DNA of 64,000 nucleotides from Clostridiales bacterium DTU072 (GTDB lineage: Bacteria; Bacillota; Clostridia; Christensenellales; DTU072). The stretch spans positions 10,800 to 74,799 of the forward strand of contig LFSG01000044.1 of assembly GCA_001512685.1 (NCBI GenBank), written 5' to 3'. The position numbers were made by a program, and so were the translations under genes. How positions within the stretch are numbered: position 1 is the stretch's first letter; each line of letters starts with the position of its first letter. The notes beneath the pieces are model-generated. The model searched no databases and had not been told where the DNA came from. It worked only from the letters and a program-made list of their open reading frames with translations. Positions 47,845 to 57,377 of this stretch are shown here, one piece after another.

Positions 47845-47961
47845 TTATCCCTGTTTTTGTTTGTGTTTGGGATATTTGCTGCAAATAACCATTATTTTGC
47901 CTTCTCTTTTTATTATTTTGCATTTGTCGCAAATCGGTTTTACCGACGGTCTGACTTTCAT
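47845..47961 (-). CDS. rpmJ: 50S ribosomal protein L36 (zinc-ribbon form)
   Basis: Not in the ORF track. My own translation is [38 protein letters not shown], with C-x2-C...C...H ligands. Confidence 0.9.
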   Translation of the reverse strand: MKVRPSVKPICDKCKIIKREGKIMVICSKYPKHKQKQG

Positions 47962-47995
47962 TTTTTATGTCCTCCTGCACAAGTTTGTTTGTCTG

Positions 47996-48217
47996 TTATT
48001 GTCTGTTGCGATAAGTAATTCTGCCTTTGGTTATGTCGTAAGGGCTCATCGCTACCTTTACTTTGTCGCCCACGCACACCCTAACGGTATGCTGCCGCAT
48101 TTTGCCGCACAGATAAGCAGTAATCACATGGCCGTTGGTTAGTTTTACCCGAAAATTCGTTCCCGGTAAGATTTCGGTTACCACGCCTTCAGCTTCGATA
48201 ATATCATCTCTCGACAC
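47996..48217 (-). CDS. infA: Translation initiation factor IF-1
   Basis: 73 aa S1-like fold; sequence [20 protein letters not shown]. Confidence 0.95.
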   Translation of the reverse strand: MSRDDIIEAEGVVTEILPGTNFRVKLTNGHVITAYLCGKMRQHTVRVCVGDKVKVAMSPYDITKGRITYRNRQ

Positions 48218-48238
48218 GCTTCGCTTTAACCTCCATTT

Positions 48239-48508
48239 CTATGAATTATATTTTCTTATTACACTGTTTATCTCAGCGTCGTATACGACACTGCCGTTCA
48301 ATAATTTTTCGCGCAGCTTTTCGTGTATGTCTCCCGTTGCTTTAAGATGTTTTATTTTCTTCAGCTTGGGGCGGCTTAAGGGTCTCATTCTGCCGTCGGC
48401 TATCCTTACGAACTTATCGTCCACTATCTCCACCACTATGAAGAACTTGCCGGCGTCTCTGCCCGCTCTGGAAAAAACTATTGAGCCGATTTGAATTGGT
48501 TTTTCCAA
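48239..48508 (-). CDS. KOW-domain RNA-binding protein (L14E/YbzG-like)
   Basis: 89 aa; IGSIVFSRAGRDAGKFFIVV. Its position between map and infA is typical for Bacillota. Confidence 0.75.
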   Translation of the reverse strand: MEKPIQIGSIVFSRAGRDAGKFFIVVEIVDDKFVRIADGRMRPLSRPKLKKIKHLKATGDIHEKLREKLLNGSVVYDAEINSVIRKYNS

Positions 48509-48519
48509 TTAGTCACCTC

Positions 48520-49263
48520 TCACAAAGTCAAAATTTCCACTCCGTCGGGAAGTATTACGACTGTGTTCTCGTAATGCGCCGAAGGGCTGCCGTCCTTGGT
48601 AACAGCGACATTGTTTTCGGTAAAGATTACTTCCTTGTCTCCCATGTTTATCATGGGCTCGACGGCTATGGTCATATTGGCGAAAACTCTCATTCCTCTC
48701 CCCGGCACGCCGTAATTGGGAACGGCGGGGTCTTCGTGCAGCTCGTTTCCTATGCCGTGTCCTATAAGATTCCTTACCACGCTGAAGCCGCGCGCTTCAA
48801 CATATCGCTGAATGGCATGCCCCAAATCCCCCAATCTCGCCCCTTCCTTCAAAACCTTCATGCCCTCAAAAAAGCTTTCCTTGCAAACATCCATGAGCTT
48901 TTTCTTTTCGGGGCTTACCGCGCCTATGGCTATGGTTCTGGCGGCGTCGGCGTGATAGCCTTCAAAGCAAGCGCCCGCGTCTATCTTAAGCAGCATGCCT
49001 TCTTCCAGCCTTACTTTTTTTGAGGGTACGCCATGCACAACTTCGTTGTCGATAGATGCGCATATTGAGCCAGGAAAACCGCGGAACCCGAGAAAAGACG
49101 GATGCGCGTTCTGTTTCCTGATATATTCGTAGGCAAGTTCGTCAAGGTACTTTGTGGTAACGCCTATTTTGGCGTGCTCCTCCAACAGTTGGAGCGTGTC
49201 GCGGACTATTATGCCCGCTTTGCGCATAAGCGCTATTTGGTTTTGGTTCTTGACGGTCATCAT
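48520..49263 (-). CDS. map: Type I methionine aminopeptidase
   Basis: 247 aa. Metal-ligand blocks are present (D..D, HGIG, E..E). Confidence 0.95.
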   Translation of the reverse strand: MMTVKNQNQIALMRKAGIIVRDTLQLLEEHAKIGVTTKYLDELAYEYIRKQNAHPSFLGFRGFPGSICASIDNEVVHGVPSKKVRLEEGMLLKIDAGACFEGYHADAARTIAIGAVSPEKKKLMDVCKESFFEGMKVLKEGARLGDLGHAIQRYVEARGFSVVRNLIGHGIGNELHEDPAVPNYGVPGRGMRVFANMTIAVEPMINMGDKEVIFTENNVAVTKDGSPSAHYENTVVILPDGVEILTL

Positions 49264-49874
49264 TTCAGTAGCTCTTTTATGTCGTCAAAGGTCGCTTGCA
49301 CCGTCCTGTTGCCATCCACATCGACAAGTATGCCTTTTTTCTTGTAATATTCTATTAAGGGCGCGGTCTGCTTTTGATATACTTCCAAGCGGTTTTTTAC
49401 CGTCTCTTCGGTATCGTCTTTTCTTTGATACAAGGGCTTTCCGCATTTAGCGCATGTATCCTTGTCGTATGTGGAAATATGGTAGGTCTGTCCGCATTCG
49501 CACATGCGCCGTCCGCTTATCCTTGCCACAATCAGCTCAAACCTTACATCGATGTTGATTACCAAATCAATTTCGGTAAGTTGGTCAAGCGCTTGCGCTT
49601 GAGCGATGGTGCGCGGAAAGCCGTCCAGCAAGAATCCGTTCTTGCAATCGGGTTGCTTTATGCGGTCGGCCACTATCTTTACCACGACATCGTCGGGCAC
49701 AAGCTCGCCTTTGTCAATGAAAGTTTGCGCATATTTCCCAAGTTCGGTGCCCTTGGCTATATTGGCCCTGAACACATCACCCGTAGCGATATGCGGCAAA
49801 CCGTATTCGGCTGATATCTTCACCGCCTGAGAGCCTTTGCCCGCTCCCGGCGCCCCCAATAATATAATTTTCAT
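49260..49874 (-). CDS. adk: Adenylate kinase
   Basis: 204 aa. P-loop GAPGAGKGSQ and a Cys-containing LID. The ATG overlaps the secY stop (TAATG). Confidence 0.95.
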   Translation of the reverse strand: MKIILLGAPGAGKGSQAVKISAEYGLPHIATGDVFRANIAKGTELGKYAQTFIDKGELVPDDVVVKIVADRIKQPDCKNGFLLDGFPRTIAQAQALDQLTEIDLVINIDVRFELIVARISGRRMCECGQTYHISTYDKDTCAKCGKPLYQRKDDTEETVKNRLEVYQKQTAPLIEYYKKKGILVDVDGNRTVQATFDDIKELLK

Positions 49875-51190
49875 TATTTCAAAAATCCTTTATTTGCTTT
49901 TATTAACAATTGAGATTCAAGCTGTTTCTCAAATTCAAGCGCCACGCTGACCACAATCAGCAATCCCGTCGCGCTGAAAGCGTTCGCGAAGCCGAAGCTG
50001 GCGAATCCCGGTATCTTCAAAATATATGTGGGTATCAGCGCCACAAAAGCCAAGAACAACGCTCCGAATAAAGTAATGCGGTTGTTGATTTTCCTTAAAT
50101 GGTCGCTGGTGGATTTTCCCGGTCTGATTCCCGGTATAAAGCCTCCGTTTTGCTGTATCATCTTGGCTATGTCGTCGGGATTGAATTGTATTTGGGAATA
50201 AAAATATGCAAAGAATATGATGAGCAGGAACATGAACAACGGATAAAGCTTGCTGCCCACGCCCATCCATTCATACCACCAAAGCACGAATTTTGAGGAA
50301 TTGTTGCCCACAAACTGCATTATCATTTGCGGGAACATAATCAACGAGCTTGCGAAAATTATGGGCATAACCCCGCCGCTGTTGACCTTAATGGGAATGT
50401 AGGAGGACTGTCCTCCGTACATCTTGTTCCCTTTTATTCTTTTCGCGTATTGCACCGTTATTTTTCTGTCCGACAAGTCTACGAACACTATTATGAAGAA
50501 AAGCAATATGACCAGTATTATAAAAGCAAGCAAAAACCATACCCCCGCCGTGCCTTCGCCCGCTCTGATTTGTCCGGGTATGGTGCTGAATATGGCGTTG
50601 CCGATGGAAAGGCCCAGCGAAGATATTATGCCGATGAAAATTATCAACGAAGTGCCGTTTCCGATGCCGTATTCCGTTATCCTTTCGCCCAGCCACATAA
50701 CCAATGAAGAGCCCGCCGTCAATATAATCACTATGCAAATCATGGTGAAAATCTCGCTTGCCGTGCTGTCGCCGAATACGGGCACTATGGCGCTTCTCCA
50801 GCTGAACATTACGCCGATGGCTTGAATCAAGCCCAGCAATATGGCAAGATAACGGGTATATTGGGTTATCTTCTTCCTGCCTTCCTCTCCTTCTTTTTGC
50901 AGCCTTTCAAGCTTGGGTATAACCAAAGTCAAAAGCTGCATAATTATGAAAGAGTTTATGAAAGGGATAATTCCCAAAGCAAACAAAGTTCCGTTCTGCA
51001 AAGAGCCGCCCGTTATCATATACAGCATTTGCATAAAATCGTTTTGGGTGGTCTGCGTGAATGTGGTGGCGTCAATACCGGGTATGGGGATAAAACACCC
51101 TATCCTGTAAATGAATATGATTATAAGGGTAAAAAGCATTTTTTTCCTTATGTCGGGCGCCAAAAAAGCATTCTTTAATGTTTGCAGCAT
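49874..51190 (-). CDS. secY: Preprotein translocase subunit SecY
   Basis: 438 aa, 10-TM SecY sequence, located between rplO and adk. Confidence 0.95.
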   Translation of the reverse strand: MLQTLKNAFLAPDIRKKMLFTLIIIFIYRIGCFIPIPGIDATTFTQTTQNDFMQMLYMITGGSLQNGTLFALGIIPFINSFIIMQLLTLVIPKLERLQKEGEEGRKKITQYTRYLAILLGLIQAIGVMFSWRSAIVPVFGDSTASEIFTMICIVIILTAGSSLVMWLGERITEYGIGNGTSLIIFIGIISSLGLSIGNAIFSTIPGQIRAGEGTAGVWFLLAFIILVILLFFIIVFVDLSDRKITVQYAKRIKGNKMYGGQSSYIPIKVNSGGVMPIIFASSLIMFPQMIMQFVGNNSSKFVLWWYEWMGVGSKLYPLFMFLLIIFFAYFYSQIQFNPDDIAKMIQQNGGFIPGIRPGKSTSDHLRKINNRITLFGALFLAFVALIPTYILKIPGFASFGFANAFSATGLLIVVSVALEFEKQLESQLLIKANKGFLK

Positions 51191-51191
51191 T

Positions 51192-51638
51192 TTATAATAC
51201 CTCTACTTTCCCGCCTGCTTCTTCTATTTTCGTTTGGGCGGTTTGGGTAAATTTGTTGGCCTGTACGGTAAGCTTCTTTGTAAGGCTGCCGTTGCCCAGC
51301 ACCTTCAGCCCGTACGGCTCTATCTTGCTCAAAATCCCTTTTTGCAAAAGCAAATCCGCGTTAATTACGGTATTGTCTTCGAAAACATTCAGGTCTTCGA
51401 TATTTATTATTGAATATACTTTCTTAAATCTATCGTTGTTGAAGCCTCTCTTGGGGAGTCTTCTGATCAGAGGCATTTGTCCGCCCTCAAATCCGGGGCG
51501 CACGCCGCCGCCGCTTCTGGCTTTCTGGCCTTTATGCCCTCTGCCGCTTGTCTTGCCTGTTCCGGAGCCTATTCCTCTGCCTACTCTTTTGGGTCTTCTT
51601 GTTGCGCCTTCTTGGGGGGATATCGTATGTATCCTCAT
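51192..51638 (-). CDS. rplO: 50S ribosomal protein L15
   Basis: 148 aa. Contains [24 protein letters not shown]. Confidence 0.95.
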   Translation of the reverse strand: MRIHTISPQEGATRRPKRVGRGIGSGTGKTSGRGHKGQKARSGGGVRPGFEGGQMPLIRRLPKRGFNNDRFKKVYSIINIEDLNVFEDNTVINADLLLQKGILSKIEPYGLKVLGNGSLTKKLTVQANKFTQTAQTKIEEAGGKVEVL

Positions 51639-51665
51639 ACCTGCAACCTCCTTTTTAATAACTAA

Positions 51666-51848
51666 TTATTCAGCTTCTTCCACTCTGACAAGGTGTTTTA
51701 CCTTGTTGAGCATTCCGCGCAATGCGGGAGTGTCCTCAAATTCCCTGTTCGCTCCTATCTTTTTGAGTCCGAGCGCTTCAACCGTGGCTTTTTGGACGCT
51801 TCTGCATCCTATAGTCGATTTTATCAAAGTAACCTTAATCTTGCTCAT
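51666..51848 (-). CDS. rpmD: 50S ribosomal protein L30
   Basis: 60 aa, beginning [14 protein letters not shown]. The ORF-track N-terminal extension overlaps rpsE and was rejected. Confidence 0.9.
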   Translation of the reverse strand: MSKIKVTLIKSTIGCRSVQKATVEALGLKKIGANREFEDTPALRGMLNKVKHLVRVEEAE

Positions 51849-51849
51849 C

Positions 51850-52413
51850 TTACTCTCCTTTTCCGATCGGCTTTCCTCTGAGCGCGGCAACCATTTCCGC
51901 CGTCCTTAACGACTTCAATCCTTCGATTGTGGCTTTGACGCTGTTAATGGGATTGCGCGAACCTATGGATTTGGTTCTGATGTCTTTGATGCCGCTTACT
52001 TCAAGCACCGCGCGCACCGCGCCGCCGGCGATAACTCCCGTTCCTTCTTGGGCGGGAATAAGCAAAACCCTTCCTCTTCCGTATACGCCTTCAACGGCGT
52101 GGGGAATGGTAGTGCCGTCCATGGCTATGGTGAACATCGATTCCTTGGCCGCCTTCGTGGCTTTTTCGATGGCTTCGGGAACTTCCCTTGCCTTCCCTAA
52201 AGCGGCGCCCACTCTGCCGTTCTCGTCGCCCACAACGACAAGCGCGGAAAAACGCATGTTCCTGCCGCCTTTGACGACCTTGGTTACGCGGTTGACCGAA
52301 ACAGTCTTGGACACTATGCCTTCGTCCCTTTCCTGTTCGTATCTTCTTCTGTTCCTGCTGAACCTTTCGCTTGGTCTAAACTCTGTCTTTTGTTCGTTAT
52401 TCTCAAATGCCAT
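51850..52413 (-). CDS. rpsE: 30S ribosomal protein S5 (with N-terminal extension)
   Basis: 187 aa. Core [23 protein letters not shown], preceded by about 20 extra basic/acidic residues. Confidence 0.95.
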   Translation of the reverse strand: MAFENNEQKTEFRPSERFSRNRRRYEQERDEGIVSKTVSVNRVTKVVKGGRNMRFSALVVVGDENGRVGAALGKAREVPEAIEKATKAAKESMFTIAMDGTTIPHAVEGVYGRGRVLLIPAQEGTGVIAGGAVRAVLEVSGIKDIRTKSIGSRNPINSVKATIEGLKSLRTAEMVAALRGKPIGKGE

Positions 52414-52422
52414 GTCCGCCTC

Positions 52423-52803
52423 CTAAAATTCCAATCCGGCTTCTCTCGCGCCCTCGGCAACCGCGGCTACGCGGCCTGTGTAAATGTATCCGCCTCTGTC
52501 GAAAACAACCTTCTTTATGCCTTTTTGTTGGGCTCTCTCGCCTATAATCTTTCCCACAACCTTTGCCGCTTCCGTCTTTTTCATGTCGGCTGTTTGCGCC
52601 ATTATCGCCTTTTCGGTGGAAGAAGCGCTTACCAGAGTATTGCCGCTGCCGTTGTTGGCTGTGTCGTCAATAATCTGGGCGTAAATATTGTTCAAAGACC
52701 TGTAAACATTCAAACGGGGCCTTTCGGCATTGCCTTTGATCGTGTAACGCATACGATTATGCCTGTTTTTTCTGACCATATTTTTGTTTTCTTTTTTTAT
52801 CAT
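52423..52803 (-). CDS. rplR: 50S ribosomal protein L18
   Basis: 126 aa. Contains [19 protein letters not shown] and ends [11 protein letters not shown]. Confidence 0.95.
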   Translation of the reverse strand: MIKKENKNMVRKNRHNRMRYTIKGNAERPRLNVYRSLNNIYAQIIDDTANNGSGNTLVSASSTEKAIMAQTADMKKTEAAKVVGKIIGERAQQKGIKKVVFDRGGYIYTGRVAAVAEGAREAGLEF

Positions 52804-52819
52804 AATCTATATCGCTCCT

Positions 52820-53362
52820 TTATTTACCTGCTGTTTTGCCTTCTTTCCTGAGTATGGTTTCATCCTTGTAGCGGATACCATAGCCGTGATAGGGCTCGGG
52901 CTTCCTTACCGCTTTAATGTCGGCGGCGCATTGGCCTACTTTGGTCTTGTCTATGCCCTTCACCACAACTTCGGTAGCCGATACGCATTCAATCTTAATG
53001 CCCTCGGGAGAAGCAATGGTAACCGGTTGGGAATAGCCTACGTTGAGGACAAGCTTATCTCCTTGCATTTGCGCTTTGTAGCCCACGCCGTTAAGTATCA
53101 AATTCTTGGAATAACCCTTCTCCACCCCGTATACCATATTGGCTATCAAAGACCTGTAAAGCCCGTGGGCGGCTTTGGTTTCCTTTTTGTCATTCTTTCT
53201 GGTAACCGTAATTTCTTTTTCGCTTACGTTTACTTCTATGTCCGAATTGGCGATTTTTTGCGTAAGCGCGCCCAAAGGTCCGCTCACGGTTATGGTGTCG
53301 CCGCTCATAGAGGCTGTTACTTTATCGGGTAAAGCTATCGGCAATCTTCCTATTCTTGACAT
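52820..53362 (-). CDS. rplF: 50S ribosomal protein L6
   Basis: 180 aa. Begins MSRIGRLPI and ends EPYHGYGIRY. Confidence 0.95.
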   Translation of the reverse strand: MSRIGRLPIALPDKVTASMSGDTITVSGPLGALTQKIANSDIEVNVSEKEITVTRKNDKKETKAAHGLYRSLIANMVYGVEKGYSKNLILNGVGYKAQMQGDKLVLNVGYSQPVTIASPEGIKIECVSATEVVVKGIDKTKVGQCAADIKAVRKPEPYHGYGIRYKDETILRKEGKTAGK

Positions 53363-53372
53363 CTTCTACCTC

Positions 53373-53858
53373 CTACCATACATAGGCAAGCACTTCGCCG
53401 CCTACGCCCAATTCTCTTGCTTTGCTGTCGGTCATAATTCCTTTTGAGGTTGAAACGATAGCGATTCCCAAGCCGTTAAGTACCTTGGGGAGCTCGTCGC
53501 ATTTCGCGTAAACCCGAAGACCGGGCTTTGATATCCTCTTGAGTCCCGTTATTACCTTTTGATTGTTGGGAGCGTACTTAAGCTCTATGACTATATTGTC
53601 ATACAGCCTTCTTTTCTTGTTCCTCACAGCCGCCTTTCTCTCAATGCTGCTGCGCGGCTGATTCTCTTCTTTTTTATCGGCGGCCTTTACATCTTCTTTT
53701 TTAAGAAGCGTGGCGCTTTTTATATAACCTTCTTCTACGAGAATTTGAGCTATCGCCATTTTTTCTTTTGACGCGGGAATATCCACGCTTTCGTATCTTG
53801 CAGTCAAACCGTTCCTTATTCTGGTCAGCATATCTGCAATGGGATCTGTCATAGCCAT
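53373..53858 (-). CDS. rpsH: 30S ribosomal protein S8, expanded form
   Basis: 161 aa. Conserved [14 protein letters not shown] and [13 protein letters not shown] blocks, with an approximately 30-aa charged insert between them. Confidence 0.9.
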   Translation of the reverse strand: MAMTDPIADMLTRIRNGLTARYESVDIPASKEKMAIAQILVEEGYIKSATLLKKEDVKAADKKEENQPRSSIERKAAVRNKKRRLYDNIVIELKYAPNNQKVITGLKRISKPGLRVYAKCDELPKVLNGLGIAIVSTSKGIMTDSKARELGVGGEVLAYVW

Positions 53859-53870
53859 TTTACACCTCCG

Positions 53871-54056
53871 TTACCAGCTTGATTTCTTTACTCCGGGAAT
53901 TTGTCCCTTATAGGCCAGTTCCCTGAAGCATATTCTGCAAACGCCGTATTTTCTTAAAACAGCATGCGGTCTGCCACATATTGAGCAGCGGGTGTATTCT
54001 CTCGTGGAAAATTTTTGTTTTCTCTGCTGCTTATTTATCAATGCTTTCTTTGCCAT
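53871..54056 (-). CDS. rpsN: 30S ribosomal protein S14 type Z (zinc-binding)
   Basis: 61 aa. Zinc ligands CSICGR...CRICFRE. Confidence 0.95.
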   Translation of the reverse strand: MAKKALINKQQRKQKFSTREYTRCSICGRPHAVLRKYGVCRICFRELAYKGQIPGVKKSSW

Positions 54057-54067
54057 TGTCTATCCTC

Positions 54068-54652
54068 CTACTTCCTGAAAGGCATACCGATTTGCTGCAA
54101 AAGCTCTTTGGCTTCCTCATCGGTTTTTGCGGTTGTTACTATGCATATATCAAAACCTCTGACCTTTTCGATTTGATCGTAAATTATCTCCGGGAAAATA
54201 AGCTGCTCCTTTATCCCCAAAGAATAATTGCCTCTGCCGTCAAAGGATTTGGGGCTGACGCCTCTGAAGTCTCTTACGCGCGGCAACGCTATGGATACAA
54301 GCTTATCCAAAAAGTCCCACATTCTTTGTCCTCTGAGGGTAACCTTGGCGCCCACCGTCATGTTTTGCCTTAACTTAAAGTTGGCAACCGATTTCTTGGC
54401 CTTGGTTATAACGGCTTTTTGTCCGGCTATGCTCTCAAGCTCCTTTACCGCTCCTTGAACGCTCTTGGCGTTGTCCTTAATGTCTCCCAAACGCATATTC
54501 AATATTATCTTCTCTACCTTGGGAACCTGCATGATGTTTTTGTATCCGAAATTCTTAATAAGAGCGGAAATAATTTCCTCTTTATAACGAGTCTTAAGTC
54601 TGTTTTCGTATTGAACTTTCTGCGTCGCGGCAGCTTCTTTAGCTTTTGCCAT
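54068..54652 (-). CDS. rplE: 50S ribosomal protein L5 (with N-terminal extension)
   Basis: 194 aa. Core [10 protein letters not shown]...[16 protein letters not shown], preceded by about 15 extra residues. Confidence 0.95.
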   Translation of the reverse strand: MAKAKEAAATQKVQYENRLKTRYKEEIISALIKNFGYKNIMQVPKVEKIILNMRLGDIKDNAKSVQGAVKELESIAGQKAVITKAKKSVANFKLRQNMTVGAKVTLRGQRMWDFLDKLVSIALPRVRDFRGVSPKSFDGRGNYSLGIKEQLIFPEIIYDQIEKVRGFDICIVTTAKTDEEAKELLQQIGMPFRK

Positions 54653-54670
54653 TGCTTATTACCTCCTCTC

Positions 54671-55369
54671 TTATTCCTTATCTTCTATCTTATCTTCGGA
54701 TTTAACGACTACTTTCGCCGTTTCTTCTTTAACGGTGTCCATGGCTTCCATCACTCTGACCTCTTCGGCTCCGTCCGCTTGCTCGTCTTTCTTTACACGC
54801 TTGCGGGCGGTGGCCGTGGCCTTGGGAGCGCTTTCCTTTGCCGCCGCGTCTTTCTCGGCTTTGCCCGCTTCCTCTTTAACCAAAACTTTGGCGGGTTCTT
54901 CCTTGACGGTGTCCATGGCCTCCATCACTCTTGCCTTCTCGGCTCCGTCGTTAACTTGCTTGGTGTCCTCGGCGGTTTCGGCGGTTGCGGCCTTTTTGCT
55001 TCTCTTCTTCACTGTCGCTTTGGCCTTTTTGTCAGCCGCTTTCTTGGTTTCAAGCACGGCGCCGCACTTCTTGCACACTCTTTGCTTTTTGCCGTCGATT
55101 ACGGCGAAGCCCACTCTGGTGGGTTTGTCGCAAGCGCCGCATATGGGCATTATGTTGGAAATGTCTATTGTGGCGGGCATTTCTATGATGCCGCTCCTAT
55201 CGGACGCTTTCCTTGCCTTTACCGCTTTCTTTATTGTGGTAATGCCCTTGCCTTCTATTACCGCCCTGTTTTTCTTTGTGTCAATGGCAAGCACTTTGGC
55301 CGTCTTACCCTTGTCTTTTCCGGCTATAATCATTACATAATCGTCTTTTTTCACACTTAATTTAGCCAT
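54671..55369 (-). CDS. rplX: 50S ribosomal protein L24 (uL24) with a Cys4 motif and a 125-aa repeat-containing C-terminal tail
   Basis: KOW core MAKLSVKKDDYVMIIAGKDKGKTAKV. The start is the ATG at 55369, preceded by GGAGGAATTCA. 232 aa, against about 100-105 typical. Confidence 0.9.
   Translation of the reverse strand: MAKLSVKKDDYVMIIAGKDKGKTAKVLAIDTKKNRAVIEGKGITTIKKAVKARKASDRSGIIEMPATIDISNIMPICGACDKPTRVGFAVIDGKKQRVCKKCGAVLETKKAADKKAKATVKKRSKKAATAETAEDTKQVNDGAEKARVMEAMDTVKEEPAKVLVKEEAGKAEKDAAAKESAPKATATARKRVKKDEQADGAEEVRVMEAMDTVKEETAKVVVKSEDKIEDKE
54702..54956 (-). repeat. Two copies of an approximately 80-nt imperfect direct repeat (period 174 nt, in frame) inside the rplX tail
   Basis: Copies at 54702..54782 and 54876..54956. 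They encode DGAE(K/E)(A/V)RVMEAMDTVKEE(P/T)AKV(L/V)VK twice, 58 codons apart. Confidence 0.85.
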
Positions 55370-55379
55370 TGAATTCCTC

Positions 55380-55748
55380 CTATAACACTTCGGGGGCAAG
55401 AGAGATAATCTTCATATAGTCTTTTTCTCTGAGCTCTCTCGCGACCGGCCCGAATATGCGCGTGCCTCTGGGTTGTTTTTGATTGTCGATGATTACGGCG
55501 GCGTTGTCGTCAAACTTAATATGCGAGCCGTCCGCTCTCATTATGCCTTTATGCGTCCTGACGATAACCGCTTTAACGATATCGCCTTTCTTTATGTTCC
55601 CGTTCGGCGAAGCGGATTTAACGGAAGCGATTATTACATCGCCGATATTGCCGCTTCTGACGAAGGAACCGCCCAATACCCGTATGCACATGATTTCTTT
55701 GGCGCCGGAGTTGTCGGCTACCTTTAACCTCGATTGTGGTTGTATCAT
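55380..55748 (-). CDS. rplN: 50S ribosomal protein L14
   Basis: 122 aa. Begins [17 protein letters not shown]. Confidence 0.95.
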   Translation of the reverse strand: MIQPQSRLKVADNSGAKEIMCIRVLGGSFVRSGNIGDVIIASVKSASPNGNIKKGDIVKAVIVRTHKGIMRADGSHIKFDDNAAVIIDNQKQPRGTRIFGPVARELREKDYMKIISLAPEVL

Positions 55749-55761
55749 TTGCTTGCTCCTC

Positions 55762-56019
55762 CTATTTCGCCTTTTCTATTATTCTTACAAGGCGCCAGCA
55801 CTTATCCTTAGACAAAGGACGGGTTTCTTGAATTTCCACAAAATCGCCTACGCGGCAAATGTTTTCCTCGTCGTGCGCCTTGAACTTCTTTGTTGTCTTG
55901 ATATATTTTTTGTATAAAGGATGTTTAACCTTTCTGACAACTTCCACTACGATGGTCTTATCCATCTTATCGCTTACCACTGTGCCCAATCTGGTCTTTC
56001 TCAAATTCCTTTCCATCAT
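55762..56019 (-). CDS. rpsQ: 30S ribosomal protein S17
   Basis: 85 aa. Contains [14 protein letters not shown] and KFKAHDE. Confidence 0.95.
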   Translation of the reverse strand: MMERNLRKTRLGTVVSDKMDKTIVVEVVRKVKHPLYKKYIKTTKKFKAHDEENICRVGDFVEIQETRPLSKDKCWRLVRIIEKAK

Positions 56020-56030
56020 TCCTCCCTCTG

Positions 56031-56273
56031 CTATTTGGTGCTCTTTTTGGCTTTCTTGGCCTTGGTTTCGGGCTCAAAGCTAATGTTTAATTCTCTTTGG
56101 CGCAATATAGTCTTTACCCTTGCTATATCCCTTTTGCATTCCACCATCGCCATGTTGTTCGTTAACTGGTTGGTAGCATGCTTAAAGCGAAGATTGAAGA
56201 GGTTTGATTTCAATTCGGTTAATTTATCTTGGAGCTCTTTTGTGCTCATCTCAAAAAACTTTATCGCTTTCAT
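56031..56273 (-). CDS. rpmC: 50S ribosomal protein L29 (with a basic C-terminal tail)
   Basis: 80 aa. Core [13 protein letters not shown]. The ATG overlaps the rplP stop. Confidence 0.9.
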   Translation of the reverse strand: MKAIKFFEMSTKELQDKLTELKSNLFNLRFKHATNQLTNNMAMVECKRDIARVKTILRQRELNISFEPETKAKKAKKSTK

Positions 56274-56707
56274 TATGCTTCACCACCTTCTGCTGCCAAA
56301 TCAGCTTTTTTCGCAAATTTACATTTAATGGGCAATTTGTGGGCAGCCAATCTTAACGCTTCCCTTGCCACTTCTTCGCTGACTCCGCCTACTTCAAAAA
56401 GCACTCTGTCAGGCTTTACTACGGCCACCCAATATTCGGGAGCGCCCTTTCCGCTTCCCATACGGGTTTCCGCCGGCTTCTTGGTTACGGGCTTATGGGG
56501 GAATATGTTTACCCATACTTTGCCGCCGCGCTTCATATATCTTGTCATGGCAACACGGGCAGCCTCAATCTGATTCGAGGTAATCCAGCTGGGTTGCAGG
56601 GCCACCAAACCATATTCTCCGTAAGCTATGGTATTGCCTTTGTTGGCGCTGCCCTTCATTCTGCCTCTTTGCTGCTTTCTTCTTTTTACTCTCTTAGGCA
56701 TTAACAT
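56273..56707 (-). CDS. rplP: 50S ribosomal protein L16
   Basis: Canonical start [15 protein letters not shown]. The ORF-track extension overlaps rpsC and was rejected. Confidence 0.9.
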   Translation of the reverse strand: MLMPKRVKRRKQQRGRMKGSANKGNTIAYGEYGLVALQPSWITSNQIEAARVAMTRYMKRGGKVWVNIFPHKPVTKKPAETRMGSGKGAPEYWVAVVKPDRVLFEVGGVSEEVAREALRLAAHKLPIKCKFAKKADLAAEGGEA

Positions 56708-56708
56708 A

Positions 56709-57365
56709 TCAGTCATTACCTCCTTTTCCTGCTTTGGTGAAAACCTCACCTTTATAAATCCAGACCTTAACGCCGATAATTCCGTAAGTCGTTTCGGCCT
56801 GAGCAAAGCCGTAATCTATATTGGCTCTCAAAGTCTGAAGAGGTATGGACCCTTCGTGATAGAATTCCGTTCTGGCGATTTCGGCGCCGTCAAGCCTGCC
56901 GCTTACCATTGCTTTAATGCCCTTGGCTCCGCTTCTCATGGCCTTTTGCATGGCCTGTTTCATGGCTCTTCTGAACTGCACTCTTTTTTCTAGCTGGGCG
57001 GCTACGGCTTCCGCCACCAGCTGAGCGTCCATATCCACTTTCTTGACTTCATGGATATTCACATTTATGTTTTTGCCCGGACATATCTTTTCGATTTCTT
57101 TCTTGATTAGGGGTATGCCCGCCGCCTGTTTTCCGATGGCTACGCCGGGACGGCCGCAAAACATATTTACGGTAACGCTGTTCGCCGCTCTTTCAATGGT
57201 TATCTTGGATACGGCGGCCGAATAATATTTCTTTTTAAGCAAAGTTCTGATTTTGTGGTCCTCGCTGATGTTCTTGGAAAAATTCCTTTTGTCCGCGTAC
57301 CATTGAGAGTCCCAACCGTTTATTATTCCTATTCTTAAACCGTGCGGATTTACTTTTTGACCCAT
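56709..57365 (-). CDS. rpsC: 30S ribosomal protein S3
   Basis: 218 aa. Begins [13 protein letters not shown] and has a KH domain. Confidence 0.95.
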   Translation of the reverse strand: MGQKVNPHGLRIGIINGWDSQWYADKRNFSKNISEDHKIRTLLKKKYYSAAVSKITIERAANSVTVNMFCGRPGVAIGKQAAGIPLIKKEIEKICPGKNINVNIHEVKKVDMDAQLVAEAVAAQLEKRVQFRRAMKQAMQKAMRSGAKGIKAMVSGRLDGAEIARTEFYHEGSIPLQTLRANIDYGFAQAETTYGIIGVKVWIYKGEVFTKAGKGGND

Positions 57366-57377
57366 TCTATATTCCTC

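Noticed and set aside
49480-49560. The adenylate kinase LID has C-E-C-G...C-A-K-C, meaning CxC rather than the usual CxxC in the first pair.
   Set aside because: This is a one-residue spacing variation in a known zinc-LID and is probably still metal-binding. It is not distinctive enough to report as a finding without an alignment.
54702-54956. The direct repeats in the rplX tail considered as a CRISPR-like, mobile-element or mis-assembly signal.
   Set aside because: There are only two copies. They are in frame with a period of 174 nt (58 codons), diverged by about 20 percent, and embedded in a continuous ORF. This is a coding duplication. Collapse or expansion by assembly remains possible only if reads disagree.
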